A stretch of 64,000 bases of DNA from an uncultured Candidatus Marinamargulisbacteria bacterium (GTDB lineage Bacteria > Margulisbacteria > Marinamargulisbacteria > UBA817 > CACECR01), in the NCBI GenBank assembly GCA_902558105.1, contig CACECR010000001.1, positions 985-64,984 on the forward strand, written 5' to 3'. The position numbers and the translations under genes were made by a program. The first letter of the stretch is position 1, and each line of letters starts with the position of its first letter. The notes below the pieces were generated by a model. That model had not been told where the DNA came from, ran no database searches, and worked only from the letters and a program-made list of their open reading frames with translations. Shown here in pieces: positions 29,475 to 39,152 of this stretch.

Positions 29475-29687
29475 TTAAACTTGTTTGATGTCTGCGCTTT
29501 CCCAATCTTTTTGGTTGCAGAATTTTGTTAAGTTACGACCATCTTGAGTTTGACCTCTAAATGCATAACGTGTTTGAGTGTCACCATTTTTTAACTTTCT
29601 TTCGTAAGTTGTTTTTGTGCAATTATCTAATTTGATTTTTACACGTTCTCTTTCTTTTACATCGTAAAATTCGATTTCTGTTGCCAT
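29475..29687 (-). CDS. Hypothetical small basic protein (70 aa)
   Basis: Compact ORF with its own terminator. K/R/T-rich, and the predicted beta-rich sequence suggests an OB/SH3-like fold. No confident family match. Confidence 0.45.
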   Translation of the reverse strand: MATEIEFYDVKERERVKIKLDNCTKTTYERKLKNGDTQTRYAFRGQTQDGRNLTKFCNQKDWESADIKQV

Positions 29688-29767
29688 AATAGAATCTCCT
29701 AAATATTTATACGGTTATAATAAAACTATAGGGTATAAGATTGCTGAAAGTAAAGTAGAAAAATGAC

Positions 29768-30289
29768 TTACGGAATTACGGCTAATTTACTACGTTTTAA
29801 AATTTCACCATCGGAGAGAATAATAATAAAGTAAACTCCTGATGATATTGGGTAATTATTGAAGAATTCTCGGTTTAGAGGAACGTTGTTTATGTCTACT
29901 TTTCCGCCATTTGAGCCGGCAGGGAATGTTTTCTCTACAATTTTACGACCAAATCGATCGAAAACCATACAGTTTAGTGTTTGATTTTTATTTAGCCTGT
30001 AATATAGATGCCCAGAATTTCTAAGTGACATTGGATTTGGGTAAGGCAAGACCTCAGAAATAATTAAAGATGCGGTGTCAGTGTTGTTAAGGCTTAACTG
30101 GCCACCATTGGAGATATTATTTAACTGAACAATACTTAATGACATTGATAATAGCGAAATTGTATTTGAGGAATTTAGTTGCGACGGTATAGTTTCTGTT
30201 ATTTGCGATTGAGTGACTTCTAAAGAACCAAAACTAACGACGCTTTGGAATAGTATCATAATATACATTAATATTATTTTTAAGCTCAT
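29768..30289 (-). CDS. Secreted protein with a T9SS-type C-terminal sorting domain (Por_Secre_tail-like)
   Basis: N-terminal signal peptide. C-terminal ~75 aa begin at LPYPNPM and end ISSGVYFIIILSDGEILKRSKLAVIP, matching the YPNP...GxY...K-L-hydrophobic pattern of T9SS CTDs. Confidence 0.5.
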   Translation of the reverse strand: MSLKIILMYIMILFQSVVSFGSLEVTQSQITETIPSQLNSSNTISLLSMSLSIVQLNNISNGGQLSLNNTDTASLIISEVLPYPNPMSLRNSGHLYYRLNKNQTLNCMVFDRFGRKIVEKTFPAGSNGGKVDINNVPLNREFFNNYPISSGVYFIIILSDGEILKRSKLAVIP

Positions 30290-30336
30290 AATAAAAGTAT
30301 ATATCTGATTAATCTGAAAGTAAAATATCCTCTAAA

Positions 30337-31776
30337 TTGACTGCAAAAGAATTCTTATGTCATTATGAAAACATGGTTAATACTGACAAAAATCAATCTT
30401 TACATCACATATCTCGTTTAATTCTAGCACTCTTAGATAATGGATCAGATAAACAAATCTATTTATTTTTTCACAGGTATCATGAAGCGGATATTGCGGA
30501 GGCGTTAAAAGCTCTTTCGTTGGATCAGAAAATTAGTTTTTTTAAGAAAATTAATATTGAGTATGCGGCTGATGTTATTGAGGTGTTGAATTTCGAAGAT
30601 CAACAAGAATTATTTCAACAATTTAAAACAGAACAGGCCGCAAAATATATTGAGGAAATGGATAAAGATGATGCGGCAGACCTTTTAGAAAGTTTGTATG
30701 AAGCTGATGAAATACATGCTTCTGATATTATTCGAGCCTTGAAACCAGATGACGCTCAAGATTTACAAACACTACTTTCTTATTCTGAATCAACAGCTGG
30801 TGCGATTATGACGTCTGATTTTGTTCAGATTCCAGAAAATTTAACGGTAGCCGAAGCTTTAGAAGAATTTCGTCGCCAAAATCCACCACAAGATGAATCT
30901 TCTTTCTATATTTATATCACTTCTTATAATCAAAAGTTAGTAGGTTATACGTCAATTAGAGACTTGTTAATGGCGGATGGTACATTAAAGGTACATGATA
31001 TTCGTTATGAAAATCCAGTCAGTGTTACTGTTGATATGGACCAAGAAGATGTGGCGAGAATTATTCAAAAATATAATTTATCTGCCGTACCTGTTGTGAA
31101 TACATACACTTCAATTGTTGGAATTATTACGGTAGATGATATTGTAGATGTTGTTATTGAGGAAGCTACTGAAGATATATATAAACTCTCAGGGACTGGT
31201 GATATTCGTGAGGATCGACTCTTATATGGAAAGTTGTCGTTTCCAGTAATATCACGCTTGCCATGGCTTTGTTTGACTATTTTTGCTGGAACAATAGCAT
31301 CGTACATTATTACTATATTTTCTAATGTTTTTTCATCAACGACTATTACCTTAGCACTTGTGCTAAGTTTTGTTCCTTTATTAATGGGGTTGGCGGGTAA
31401 TATTGGAAATCAATCTTCAACCATTATTGTTCGTGGTTTATCTACGGGTGTGATTTCTTTATCACAAGCTTTTAAGATTGTTTTTAGGGAGCTTTTAGTT
31501 GGCTTAACGATTGGCTCAATATTGGCTGGTTCTTTTTATTTTGTATTAATTTTTCTTAATTATACGCATGTTATTGCACTATTAATTGCATTGAGCATGG
31601 TCGTGACGATGTTTCTTGCAACGTTTATTGGATCTGTGTTGCCGCTAACATTTAAACGGTTTGGGATTGATCCGGCAGTTGCATCCGCACCTTTTATTTC
31701 ATCTACATTAGATATTGTTGTTCAATTAGTTTATTTTGCTATTACGTTACAAATTGTGTCTAGAATTGTCTTATGA
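30337..31776 (+). CDS. mgtE: Magnesium transporter MgtE
   Basis: MgtE N-domain, tandem CBS domains, C-terminal 5-TM MgtE channel domain. 479 aa. Confidence 0.85.
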   Translation: MTAKEFLCHYENMVNTDKNQSLHHISRLILALLDNGSDKQIYLFFHRYHEADIAEALKALSLDQKISFFKKINIEYAADVIEVLNFEDQQELFQQFKTEQAAKYIEEMDKDDAADLLESLYEADEIHASDIIRALKPDDAQDLQTLLSYSESTAGAIMTSDFVQIPENLTVAEALEEFRRQNPPQDESSFYIYITSYNQKLVGYTSIRDLLMADGTLKVHDIRYENPVSVTVDMDQEDVARIIQKYNLSAVPVVNTYTSIVGIITVDDIVDVVIEEATEDIYKLSGTGDIREDRLLYGKLSFPVISRLPWLCLTIFAGTIASYIITIFSNVFSSTTITLALVLSFVPLLMGLAGNIGNQSSTIIVRGLSTGVISLSQAFKIVFRELLVGLTIGSILAGSFYFVLIFLNYTHVIALLIALSMVVTMFLATFIGSVLPLTFKRFGIDPAVASAPFISSTLDIVVQLVYFAITLQIVSRIVL

Positions 31777-32336
31777 GTTCGAGTCCTGTAACTGGTTTAA
31801 TTGTTAAGTCGAAGGTTTTTTTTGAAAAAGATCGTATCATTACTGTTTTTACTAAGGAGTTTGGATTACTTTCTGTTTTGGTTAAGGGGGCTCAATCTAA
31901 ATCATTTCGATATGGTAGTTCAATTGAACCTTTGAACCTCGTTTCTATGCAGATTTCTAAAGGGAGATCTTTTTACTATCTTCAGTCGATAGATGTTTTG
32001 AATCGTTTTACTACTATGAAAAAAGAGTATAACCGTTTGATGTTTGCTTATTATTGTTTTGATATTTTGTTATTAGTTTGTGTTACTGGTCAAGCAAATG
32101 AGCAACTATATGACTGTATAGTGACTACTTTGTTTAAAATAGATTCAGAGTATTCATTAAGAACGTTACATAAATGGTATTGTTATCATGTGGTTTCTAT
32201 TGAAGGTATTTCAGATGTTTCTGAATCAGAATTTAATTATCATGAGTTTACTCGTTCCTTTGGTTCATATACAGGTGTGATTCCAAAGCTTCCACAATAT
32301 ATTGAGGAGTTTGAAATGGAAAAAGAACCTGTTTAG
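31773..32336 (+). CDS. recO: DNA repair protein RecO (short form)
   Basis: N-terminal OB-fold region GLIVKSKVFFEKDRIITVFTKEFGLLSVLVKGAQS matches the RecO N-domain. Only 187 aa, start overlaps the mgtE stop. Confidence 0.55.
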   Translation: MSSSPVTGLIVKSKVFFEKDRIITVFTKEFGLLSVLVKGAQSKSFRYGSSIEPLNLVSMQISKGRSFYYLQSIDVLNRFTTMKKEYNRLMFAYYCFDILLLVCVTGQANEQLYDCIVTTLFKIDSEYSLRTLHKWYCYHVVSIEGISDVSESEFNYHEFTRSFGSYTGVIPKLPQYIEEFEMEKEPV

Positions 32337-32366
32337 CAACTCTTTTTTTCGTGTTAAACTATTCTT

Positions 32367-34349
32367 ATGTTAATTTTAATAACGTTAATTTCAATTTTAA
32401 GTTTAACTTTTCTTAAATATTTATTCACAAAACCTGTGGTCTCATCAGGTCTCATTTTTAATGTAATAGATTTAGTTAACGATGGGTCACAAATATTTTT
32501 AAAACGGCTATCAAGTATTAGTGTGCAGTTAATAATATACATTTTAATTGCGTTTTTAGGTATTTCTTATGCCGTATTTGATACATATATAATTAGTTAC
32601 TATATTACGTTTGTTATTGGCTTTTCATCACTTTTACTTGGTCACTTTTCGGTTTTGTATTTTATTAAGAGAATTTTACTTCTATCAAGTCAGTTTTTGA
32701 AACTAACACGAGTACATTCGTTAAGATCATATTTGCAATTGTCTTTTTCTATAATGATTATGATGATATTTCCAGTTTTATTGTCGTTACTGGCTGTTAT
32801 ACAGTGGTTTAATTCTGGAGAGTCCGTTACTTTCTTATTAGGTGTACTATTGGGTGTTTTTTTTCTACGAGTAGGTGGTGGGATTTTTAGGTCAAGTTCT
32901 GAGGTTGCTAAAATTGTGGTCAATAGGGTGGAAAACTCGTATCCCCAAGACCATCGAAACCCGGTTAGTTATTTAGATTTTATAGGTCAGTTTATTGGAA
33001 ATGTTACGGGGTTTTCTGCTGATATAATGGCGGCATTTGCTATGGTATTTGTGTCGTTATTTTTTGCTATGCCTTACTTTAACGATTCATCCAGCTATAT
33101 GGCTAATATTGTGATACTTGAAAAGCTACCTTTCTTATTGTTATTAACTACTATTATTTCGTCGTTTATTGCGTTTACTTTTTCTTACATACGTGTAGTT
33201 TATTATGCTAAAAATATTTTGTTAGAAACTATTTATATAGCAATGGCCATTAGTATGTGTATTTCTTATCTGATTTTTTCTTATGCTTTCGATCAAAATG
33301 TGTCATCTGCTTTATTTTTGGTTTATGCTCTCGGTGTTTTTGCTTCAATTGTGATTGCGTATTTATCTGATTTATTTAGTTCAGTCTTTTATGTTTTTGG
33401 AAAGAAAACTTTAAGTCGATCTGAGATGGGGCCAGCATTGATTCTTTTTCAAAATATGGTGAACGCATTTATTGGTAATGGATTCTTAATTTTAGTTCTG
33501 TTTCTGGTTGTTTTCTTATCTGTATATTTGTTTGGTTTAGTAGGGTTATCTGTGATGTCATTTGCTTTTTTATCCTCAATGCCACTTTTAATTTCTTCTA
33601 AAGTTTTTCTTAATTTAACAGATCTTACGTCTAGAATCGAGTCTTTAGATTCACCTGATGATGACTCTGGTAGCCGAACAAGTTTTTTAACACAAATCGG
33701 CCGAACCATTAATCCGGTGGGAAGTGGTTTTTCGGCCGTCTCGGCTATATTATCTAGCTTATGTTTGGTGCTTTTGGCATCCAAAAAGATTTCACTATTC
33801 AGTATTTTATTTCTTTCTAAATACACCTTTATTTTGTGTGTGTTTTTAGGAATTGTTGTTGCGTTGTTTTTTCTAGGATTTATGATGAGTGGGTTTACGA
33901 GCACTGTTTCAAAAATTCGTTTAGAAATGATACGTCAGTTTAGAGAAATCCCTTATTTATTAGAAGGGAAATCGTTTCCTGATGTTCTTAAAATTGCTCA
34001 ATTACACACAATATTATCACTCAGAGTTTTAACATGGCCAATCATTACTTTAGTTTTGTCAGTTTTAATTGTTTTATATATTTTTGGACTGTCTTTTTAT
34101 GTGCCATTATTTATTGGTATTTCGCTAGTCATTCTATTACATGTTTTTTATTGGGCTATTTTGGGAGACTCTGTACAACAGGCCAAACAACATATTGAGT
34201 TTGGATATCAAGGTGGACAAAAAGGGTCTTCTTTTCAGTATATGAATTATGCTTTTGAATATAGTTCAATTTATTCGATGGTCTTGGGGCCCAATTATTT
34301 AGTAATTTTAAAATGTTTATCTGTATTATTTGCAGTGTTATTTATATAA
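32367..34349 (+). CDS. Membrane-integral pyrophosphatase (H+/Na+-PPase) homolog with degenerate catalytic motifs
   Basis: 660 aa, about 15 predicted TM segments. Collinear matches to M-PPase motifs [20 protein letters not shown] (canonical [20 protein letters not shown]), [20 protein letters not shown] ([21 protein letters not shown]), [14 protein letters not shown] (GKGFAIGSAALTAL), [14 protein letters not shown] (AKKYIEAG..GGKGS) and GPNYLVILK (GPSLNILIK). Most catalytic Asp/Lys are substituted. Confidence 0.6.
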   Translation: [660 protein letters not shown]

Positions 34350-34358
34350 GGAGTTAAT

Positions 34359-35093
34359 ATGGCTATTTATGCAGCAAATTGGAAAATGAATATTCTACCG
34401 TCTCAGGTTCAAGAACTAGTGACAGGAATTGTAGATCATAAATTGTCTGATTCAGATCAAGTTATTCTTTGTCCACCATCTGTATATTTACAGGAAGCTG
34501 TTAACTTAACTAGCCAGTCTCAAGTGGTAATTGGTGCTCAAAATACATATTTTGAGGTTTCGGGTGCTTATACTGGTGAAATTTCAGCAAAAATGGTAGC
34601 TGAGTTGGGTGCTACTTATGTTATCGTTGGACATTCTGAGCGTCGTCAATTATTTGGGGACAATGATCAAATTATTAATAAAAAAGTATTAGCGACTTTA
34701 GAGGCTTCGTTATCGCCTATAATATGTATTGGTGAAACATTGGAACAACGCGAATCGGGAGACTTTTATACAGTTTTAGAATCTCAGATTGTGTCAGCCG
34801 TTTCCGGCCATGAAACGGTTCTTTCAGCTGCAGACTTTTTAATTGCCTATGAACCCGTTTGGGCGATTGGTACGGGTAAGGTTGCGAGTCCAGAACAGGC
34901 GCAAGATGTTCATGCGTTTATTCGGTCTAGATTAGAGTCGATTTTTAATGAAAAGAAAATTTCGATTTTGTATGGGGGATCTGTCAAGCCTTCTAACGCG
35001 GGCGAGTTATTATTGCAGCAAGATATAGATGGTTTTTTAGTTGGTGGCGCAAGTTTATCGGTTGCTGATTTTACAGCTATCATGTCGGCTTAG
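34359..35093 (+). CDS. tpiA: Triosephosphate isomerase
   Basis: AANWKMN start, active-site AYEPVWAIGTG, VGHSERR. GGAG SD. Confidence 0.9.
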   Translation: MAIYAANWKMNILPSQVQELVTGIVDHKLSDSDQVILCPPSVYLQEAVNLTSQSQVVIGAQNTYFEVSGAYTGEISAKMVAELGATYVIVGHSERRQLFGDNDQIINKKVLATLEASLSPIICIGETLEQRESGDFYTVLESQIVSAVSGHETVLSAADFLIAYEPVWAIGTGKVASPEQAQDVHAFIRSRLESIFNEKKISILYGGSVKPSNAGELLLQQDIDGFLVGGASLSVADFTAIMSA

Positions 35094-35100
35094 ATCGATT

Positions 35101-36306
35101 TTATTTACTCGTATATTTTTCATATCGCTGCTGAATATTTGGATCTAGGTAAGTCTCTAAAATGTACTCGCTGTACTCTGAGTTAGTAGACCCTGATTCT
35201 CGTCCAGTTATTTTAAGTTTTTGTTCGAATTGACCACAAATTTCTAAAGCCATATCGAGCTTGTTTCCTTCGTTTATCCATCCGATATGTTTTAAGCACA
35301 TGGCTGTGGCTTTGATCATCGAGGAAGGATCTGCATATTGTGATCGGCCTTCTTTTACCATACGAGGTGCACTTCCATGAATCGCTTCAAACATAGCGTA
35401 TTTAGAGCCAATATTTGCACTACCAGCGGTTCCAACACCACCTTGTAGTTGACCGGCTTCATCACTTAATATATCACCATATAAATTAGGCATTACCATT
35501 ACTTCAAATTCAGACCGTCTCGAAGGATCAAGTATTTTGGCGGTCATAATATCGATATACCATTCATCACAAGTGATTCCATAAGATTCATATTCTTTCG
35601 CTACGCGTTTGGCAACTTTAGAAAAACGTCCGTCGGTTGTTTTAACTACATTTGATTTGGTGACTACCGTTACTTTTTTCTTTTTATTATCTTTAGCGTA
35701 TTCAAATGCCATTCGACAAATTCGTTCAGCACCTTGTTCGGAGCAAATTTTAAAATCAATACTTAAATCATTACTGACGTCAAACCCTTTTGATCCTAAA
35801 GTATAAGCCCCCTCAGTATTTTCTCTAAAAATACACCAATCGATTGAGTCTTTCGGAATTTTAATGGGTCGAACACAAGCAAATAAATCGAGCTCTCTTC
35901 GCATTGCTACATTGGCACTTTCAATGTTGGGCCAATCATCACCTGCTTGTGGTGTTGTTGTGGGTCCTTTTAGAATAATGTCACATTTTTTAAGTTTTTC
36001 TAAACTTGTATCTGGAATCGCTTGGTGTTTTTGGGCTCTGTTTTCGATTGTAAGATCATCAATAATTTCAAATTCAATGACTTGTTCTCGGGAACTGTTT
36101 TTTATAATTTCTTTAAATATCCATTGTGCCTGTTCACAGATTGCGGGACCAATGCCATCTCCCCAACATACTCCAATAATTAATTTATTTTTCTCAGATA
36201 GCTTTTCTATTGATTGTGGTTTTTGAAGGTTTTCTACTCGAGCTAGCTGCTCTGTAATCAACGCTTTAAATGACTCACACGCTTGCTTGATTTCATTGTC
36301 TGACAT
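35101..36306 (-). CDS. icd: Isocitrate dehydrogenase (NADP), isocitrate/isopropylmalate dehydrogenase family
   Basis: GDGIGPAI, ILKGPTTTP, RELDLFACVRP, IFRENTEG and NLYGDILSD motifs. The 401-aa length fits prokaryotic IDH better than LeuB. Confidence 0.75.
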   Translation of the reverse strand: MSDNEIKQACESFKALITEQLARVENLQKPQSIEKLSEKNKLIIGVCWGDGIGPAICEQAQWIFKEIIKNSSREQVIEFEIIDDLTIENRAQKHQAIPDTSLEKLKKCDIILKGPTTTPQAGDDWPNIESANVAMRRELDLFACVRPIKIPKDSIDWCIFRENTEGAYTLGSKGFDVSNDLSIDFKICSEQGAERICRMAFEYAKDNKKKKVTVVTKSNVVKTTDGRFSKVAKRVAKEYESYGITCDEWYIDIMTAKILDPSRRSEFEVMVMPNLYGDILSDEAGQLQGGVGTAGSANIGSKYAMFEAIHGSAPRMVKEGRSQYADPSSMIKATAMCLKHIGWINEGNKLDMALEICGQFEQKLKITGRESGSTNSEYSEYILETYLDPNIQQRYEKYTSK

Positions 36307-36437
36307 AGGGATCCTCGTTTATTTTGAATATGCATTTATAGTACTTAACAATCCGCTTTTATGACAAGTCGTCTAATAAAATGGTATAACTTTTTGAGTG
36401 ATGATATAATAGCTATATCTTTAAGGAAGTTTTTTAT

Positions 36438-36890
36438 ATGCAATATTGGTTAATGAAAAGTGAACCAGATGTCTATTCAATTGATGATCTGGAAACAGAG
36501 GGAAAAACGCATTGGGAAGGTGTGAGAAATTATCAAGCACGAAATTTTATGCGTGATAAAATGGAGATAGGGGATACAGTGTTGTTTTATCATTCAAATG
36601 CAACGCCTCCTGGTATTGTTGGTTTAGGAACGGTGTGTTCTGCGCCTTATCCTGATTTCACCGCATGGGATAGTTCAAGTAAGTATTTTGATGCTAAAAC
36701 AGATCCAGAGAATCCTCGCTGGATGATGGTAGATGTTTCATTTAAAGAAAAATTCAAAAGGATGATTTCATTAGATGAATTAAAAACCAATCCAGAGTTA
36801 GAGGGGTTACTTGTGATAAAAAGAGGAATGCGATTATCTATTCAGCCGGTTGAGCCACAGCACTTTGATACTATTCTATCAATGGTTTAG
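36438..36890 (+). CDS. EVE (PUA-like) domain protein
   Basis: MQYWLMKSEPDVYSIDDL...WEGVRNYQARNFMR is the canonical EVE-domain N-terminus. 150 aa. Confidence 0.8.
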   Translation: MQYWLMKSEPDVYSIDDLETEGKTHWEGVRNYQARNFMRDKMEIGDTVLFYHSNATPPGIVGLGTVCSAPYPDFTAWDSSSKYFDAKTDPENPRWMMVDVSFKEKFKRMISLDELKTNPELEGLLVIKRGMRLSIQPVEPQHFDTILSMV

Positions 36891-36924
36891 TTACTTAATC
36901 GTCACATTAAGAAGGAAAAAATAT

Positions 36925-38382
36925 ATGAGTGAATCTTTAAAACAAACTAAAATTATTGCAACGTTAGGTCCTGCGTCTAGTAATGAGTTAGTCTTAAAAG
37001 AAATGATTGATGCGGGTGTGGATGTTATTCGAATTAATGCATCACATTGTGCAGAACCATCTGATATTCAAACTATCATCGATTTAGTTCGGTCTGTTTC
37101 TGAAGAGTATGGTAAGCCTTTGGGATTGTTTTTAGATTTACAAGGCCCTAAAATTCGTGTAGGTACTTTCAAAGATAAAGAGATTTTCTTAGAATTAGGT
37201 GATTTGTTTTTACTTACTTCTGATCAATCGATTGAAGGGGATCAAAAAAAAGTTAGCATAAGTTATCCTGAATTAATTGATGATTTAGAGTTAGGTCAGC
37301 AGTTATATATCGATGATGGAAATATTCGACTTGAAGTTGTTGAGAAGCGTTCCAAAGACGTTGTCTGTAGAGTTTTACGAGGTGGCCGTGTTTCGAATAA
37401 CAAAGGTATTAATTTGCCGATGACTCAAACTCGTATACCGACCTTAACAGAGAAAGATTTAAGAGACTTAGAAGTGGCTGTGTCTAATCAATTAGAATAT
37501 GTTGCTCACTCTTTTATTTCTAGTTCAGAGGACGTGTTATTACTTAAGCAACATATAGATCGATTGGGTGGTAATGATATTGGTGTCATTGCTAAAATTG
37601 AACGCAAGTCAGCTGTTGATAATATAGTTTCTATTATTAAGGTTGCAGATGTGATTATGGTGGCCAGGGGCGATTTAGGGGTTGAAATCGGAATTGAAAA
37701 TGTTCCTGAAGCACAAAAATTAATTATTCGAGAATCGATTCGATATATCAAACCAGTGATTGTGGCGACGCAAATGCTTGAAAGTATGGTTGAGAAAAAA
37801 TTAGCGACTCGTGCTGAAGTTTCTGATGTTGCGAATGCTATTTATGATCGGTGTGATGCCGTCATGTTATCAGGCGAGACGGCAATGGGAATTGATCCTG
37901 CCAATGCTGTAGCTATGATGAAAACCATTTGTGTGGCTACTGATCATAATTTAAGTGAGCGTAAAAAGAATAAGTTTAGTCAGGTAAAACGTGTGTTTGA
38001 GGTAAAAACTATGGCAACGTCTTTTTGTAAGGCGGCAGATGCCATTGCGGATGAAAATGATGCCGATGTTATGTTGGCTTTTACAAGTTCTGGAAATACG
38101 CCTTTAATCTCATCAAAGCTTACTCCAAGTATTCCAATTATTGCTCCAACTGATTCGATACATGTTCTAAAGAAAATGCAAATGTATAGAGGGGTTATTC
38201 CTATTATGATGCCTCAGTCGTTCTCAGAAATTAAAAGTTGGGCGCGTATGATTGATGTTGCTATTCGAAGTGCCAAATCAGATGGTTTGTTAAAAGCTGG
38301 TGATAAGGTGGTTGTAACGGCAGGATTTCCAATCGGTATTCCTGGGGGTACAAACTCGATTCGTATGGTTACAGTTCAGTAG
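36925..38382 (+). CDS. pyk: Pyruvate kinase
   Basis: KIIATLGPAS start, MVARGDLGVEI and ETAMG motifs. The ATG at 36925 is preceded by GAAGGA; the listed ORF begins upstream at 36850. Confidence 0.9.
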   Translation: MSESLKQTKIIATLGPASSNELVLKEMIDAGVDVIRINASHCAEPSDIQTIIDLVRSVSEEYGKPLGLFLDLQGPKIRVGTFKDKEIFLELGDLFLLTSDQSIEGDQKKVSISYPELIDDLELGQQLYIDDGNIRLEVVEKRSKDVVCRVLRGGRVSNNKGINLPMTQTRIPTLTEKDLRDLEVAVSNQLEYVAHSFISSSEDVLLLKQHIDRLGGNDIGVIAKIERKSAVDNIVSIIKVADVIMVARGDLGVEIGIENVPEAQKLIIRESIRYIKPVIVATQMLESMVEKKLATRAEVSDVANAIYDRCDAVMLSGETAMGIDPANAVAMMKTICVATDHNLSERKKNKFSQVKRVFEVKTMATSFCKAADAIADENDADVMLAFTSSGNTPLISSKLTPSIPIIAPTDSIHVLKKMQMYRGVIPIMMPQSFSEIKSWARMIDVAIRSAKSDGLLKAGDKVVVTAGFPIGIPGGTNSIRMVTVQ

Positions 38383-38410
38383 TTTAGTAAATGGGGGAAT
38401 ATTAAAGATA

Positions 38411-38446
38411 AAAAAAGAGAGTTCATTATGAACTCTCTTTTTTTTG
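38411..38446. terminator. Bidirectional rho-independent terminator between pyk and the convergent HTH gene
   Basis: 12-bp perfect stem AAGAGAGTTCAT/ATGAACTCTCTT with a 2-nt loop, flanked by A6 upstream and T7 downstream. Confidence 0.75.
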
Positions 38447-38460
38447 TTAAAAGATTTAAA

Positions 38461-38976
38461 TTAACTGTTGATTGAATCAGAGAAAATTTTATCGGCTTGT
38501 TCACGAAGTTTTTCTTTACTATCTCTTTCTTCAGATGCGGCAATATTTAATGCTTTATTAAATAGTTCTTGCAACTGATTTAATTGGTTAGTATATTTTT
38601 GCGTAATGTGTAAAGTGATTTTTTCTGAATCAGGAATTAATGGGAAATATTTTTCATTTTGAAATTCAAGAAGTCTGATGATACGTTCTTTTTCTCTCAT
38701 CATTTGATCATGAAGGTCTTTCGAAATAACACTACTATTATCAATTCCAGAACCTGAACTTTCTCCATTAAAGTTATGTTTAATGAATTGATCACCGTGG
38801 TCATCTAAAAATTCTTTTAAGTCTTTTTCGTTGATAAAGTATTTAATATTACCTTTACCTTCCTGTATATTTAGTAGACCTTGCTTAATGGCTTGTTCAA
38901 GTTTGTATCGGGAAATTTTTGAGTACTTTGCAGCTTGATATAGGGTCAATTTACGCATTGTTTTGTTATCCTCCAA
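38461..38976 (-). CDS. Hypothetical HTH DNA-binding protein (MerR/excisionase-like N-terminal HTH) with coiled-coil C-terminus
   Basis: N-terminal LTLYQAAKYSKISRYKLEQAIKQG helix-turn-helix. The remainder is E/K-rich and helical. The start may be the internal Met at 38958. Confidence 0.5.
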   Translation of the reverse strand: MEDNKTMRKLTLYQAAKYSKISRYKLEQAIKQGLLNIQEGKGNIKYFINEKDLKEFLDDHGDQFIKHNFNGESSGSGIDNSSVISKDLHDQMMREKERIIRLLEFQNEKYFPLIPDSEKITLHITQKYTNQLNQLQELFNKALNIAASEERDSKEKLREQADKIFSDSINS

Positions 38977-39152
38977 GTAAAAACAATATTACAGTATCAT
39001 CATGTCCCCGAAAAAGTGTTATTATTATTAAGTAGTAAGTCGTACTATTTAATAAAATTATCACCTTTACATAATAATTTTATAGTTTAATTTCAAATTG
39101 TAAAGGGTTAATTTTTTTTTGAGCTTAAGAATCTTATAAATTTGTAAAAAAT

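Noticed and set aside
29320-30336. tRNA-His as an integration site for a genomic island
   Set aside because: I found no integrase, no direct repeat of the tRNA 3' end and no phage or IS genes. cinA abuts the tRNA 3' side, and only two small genes lie on the 5' side before mgtE.
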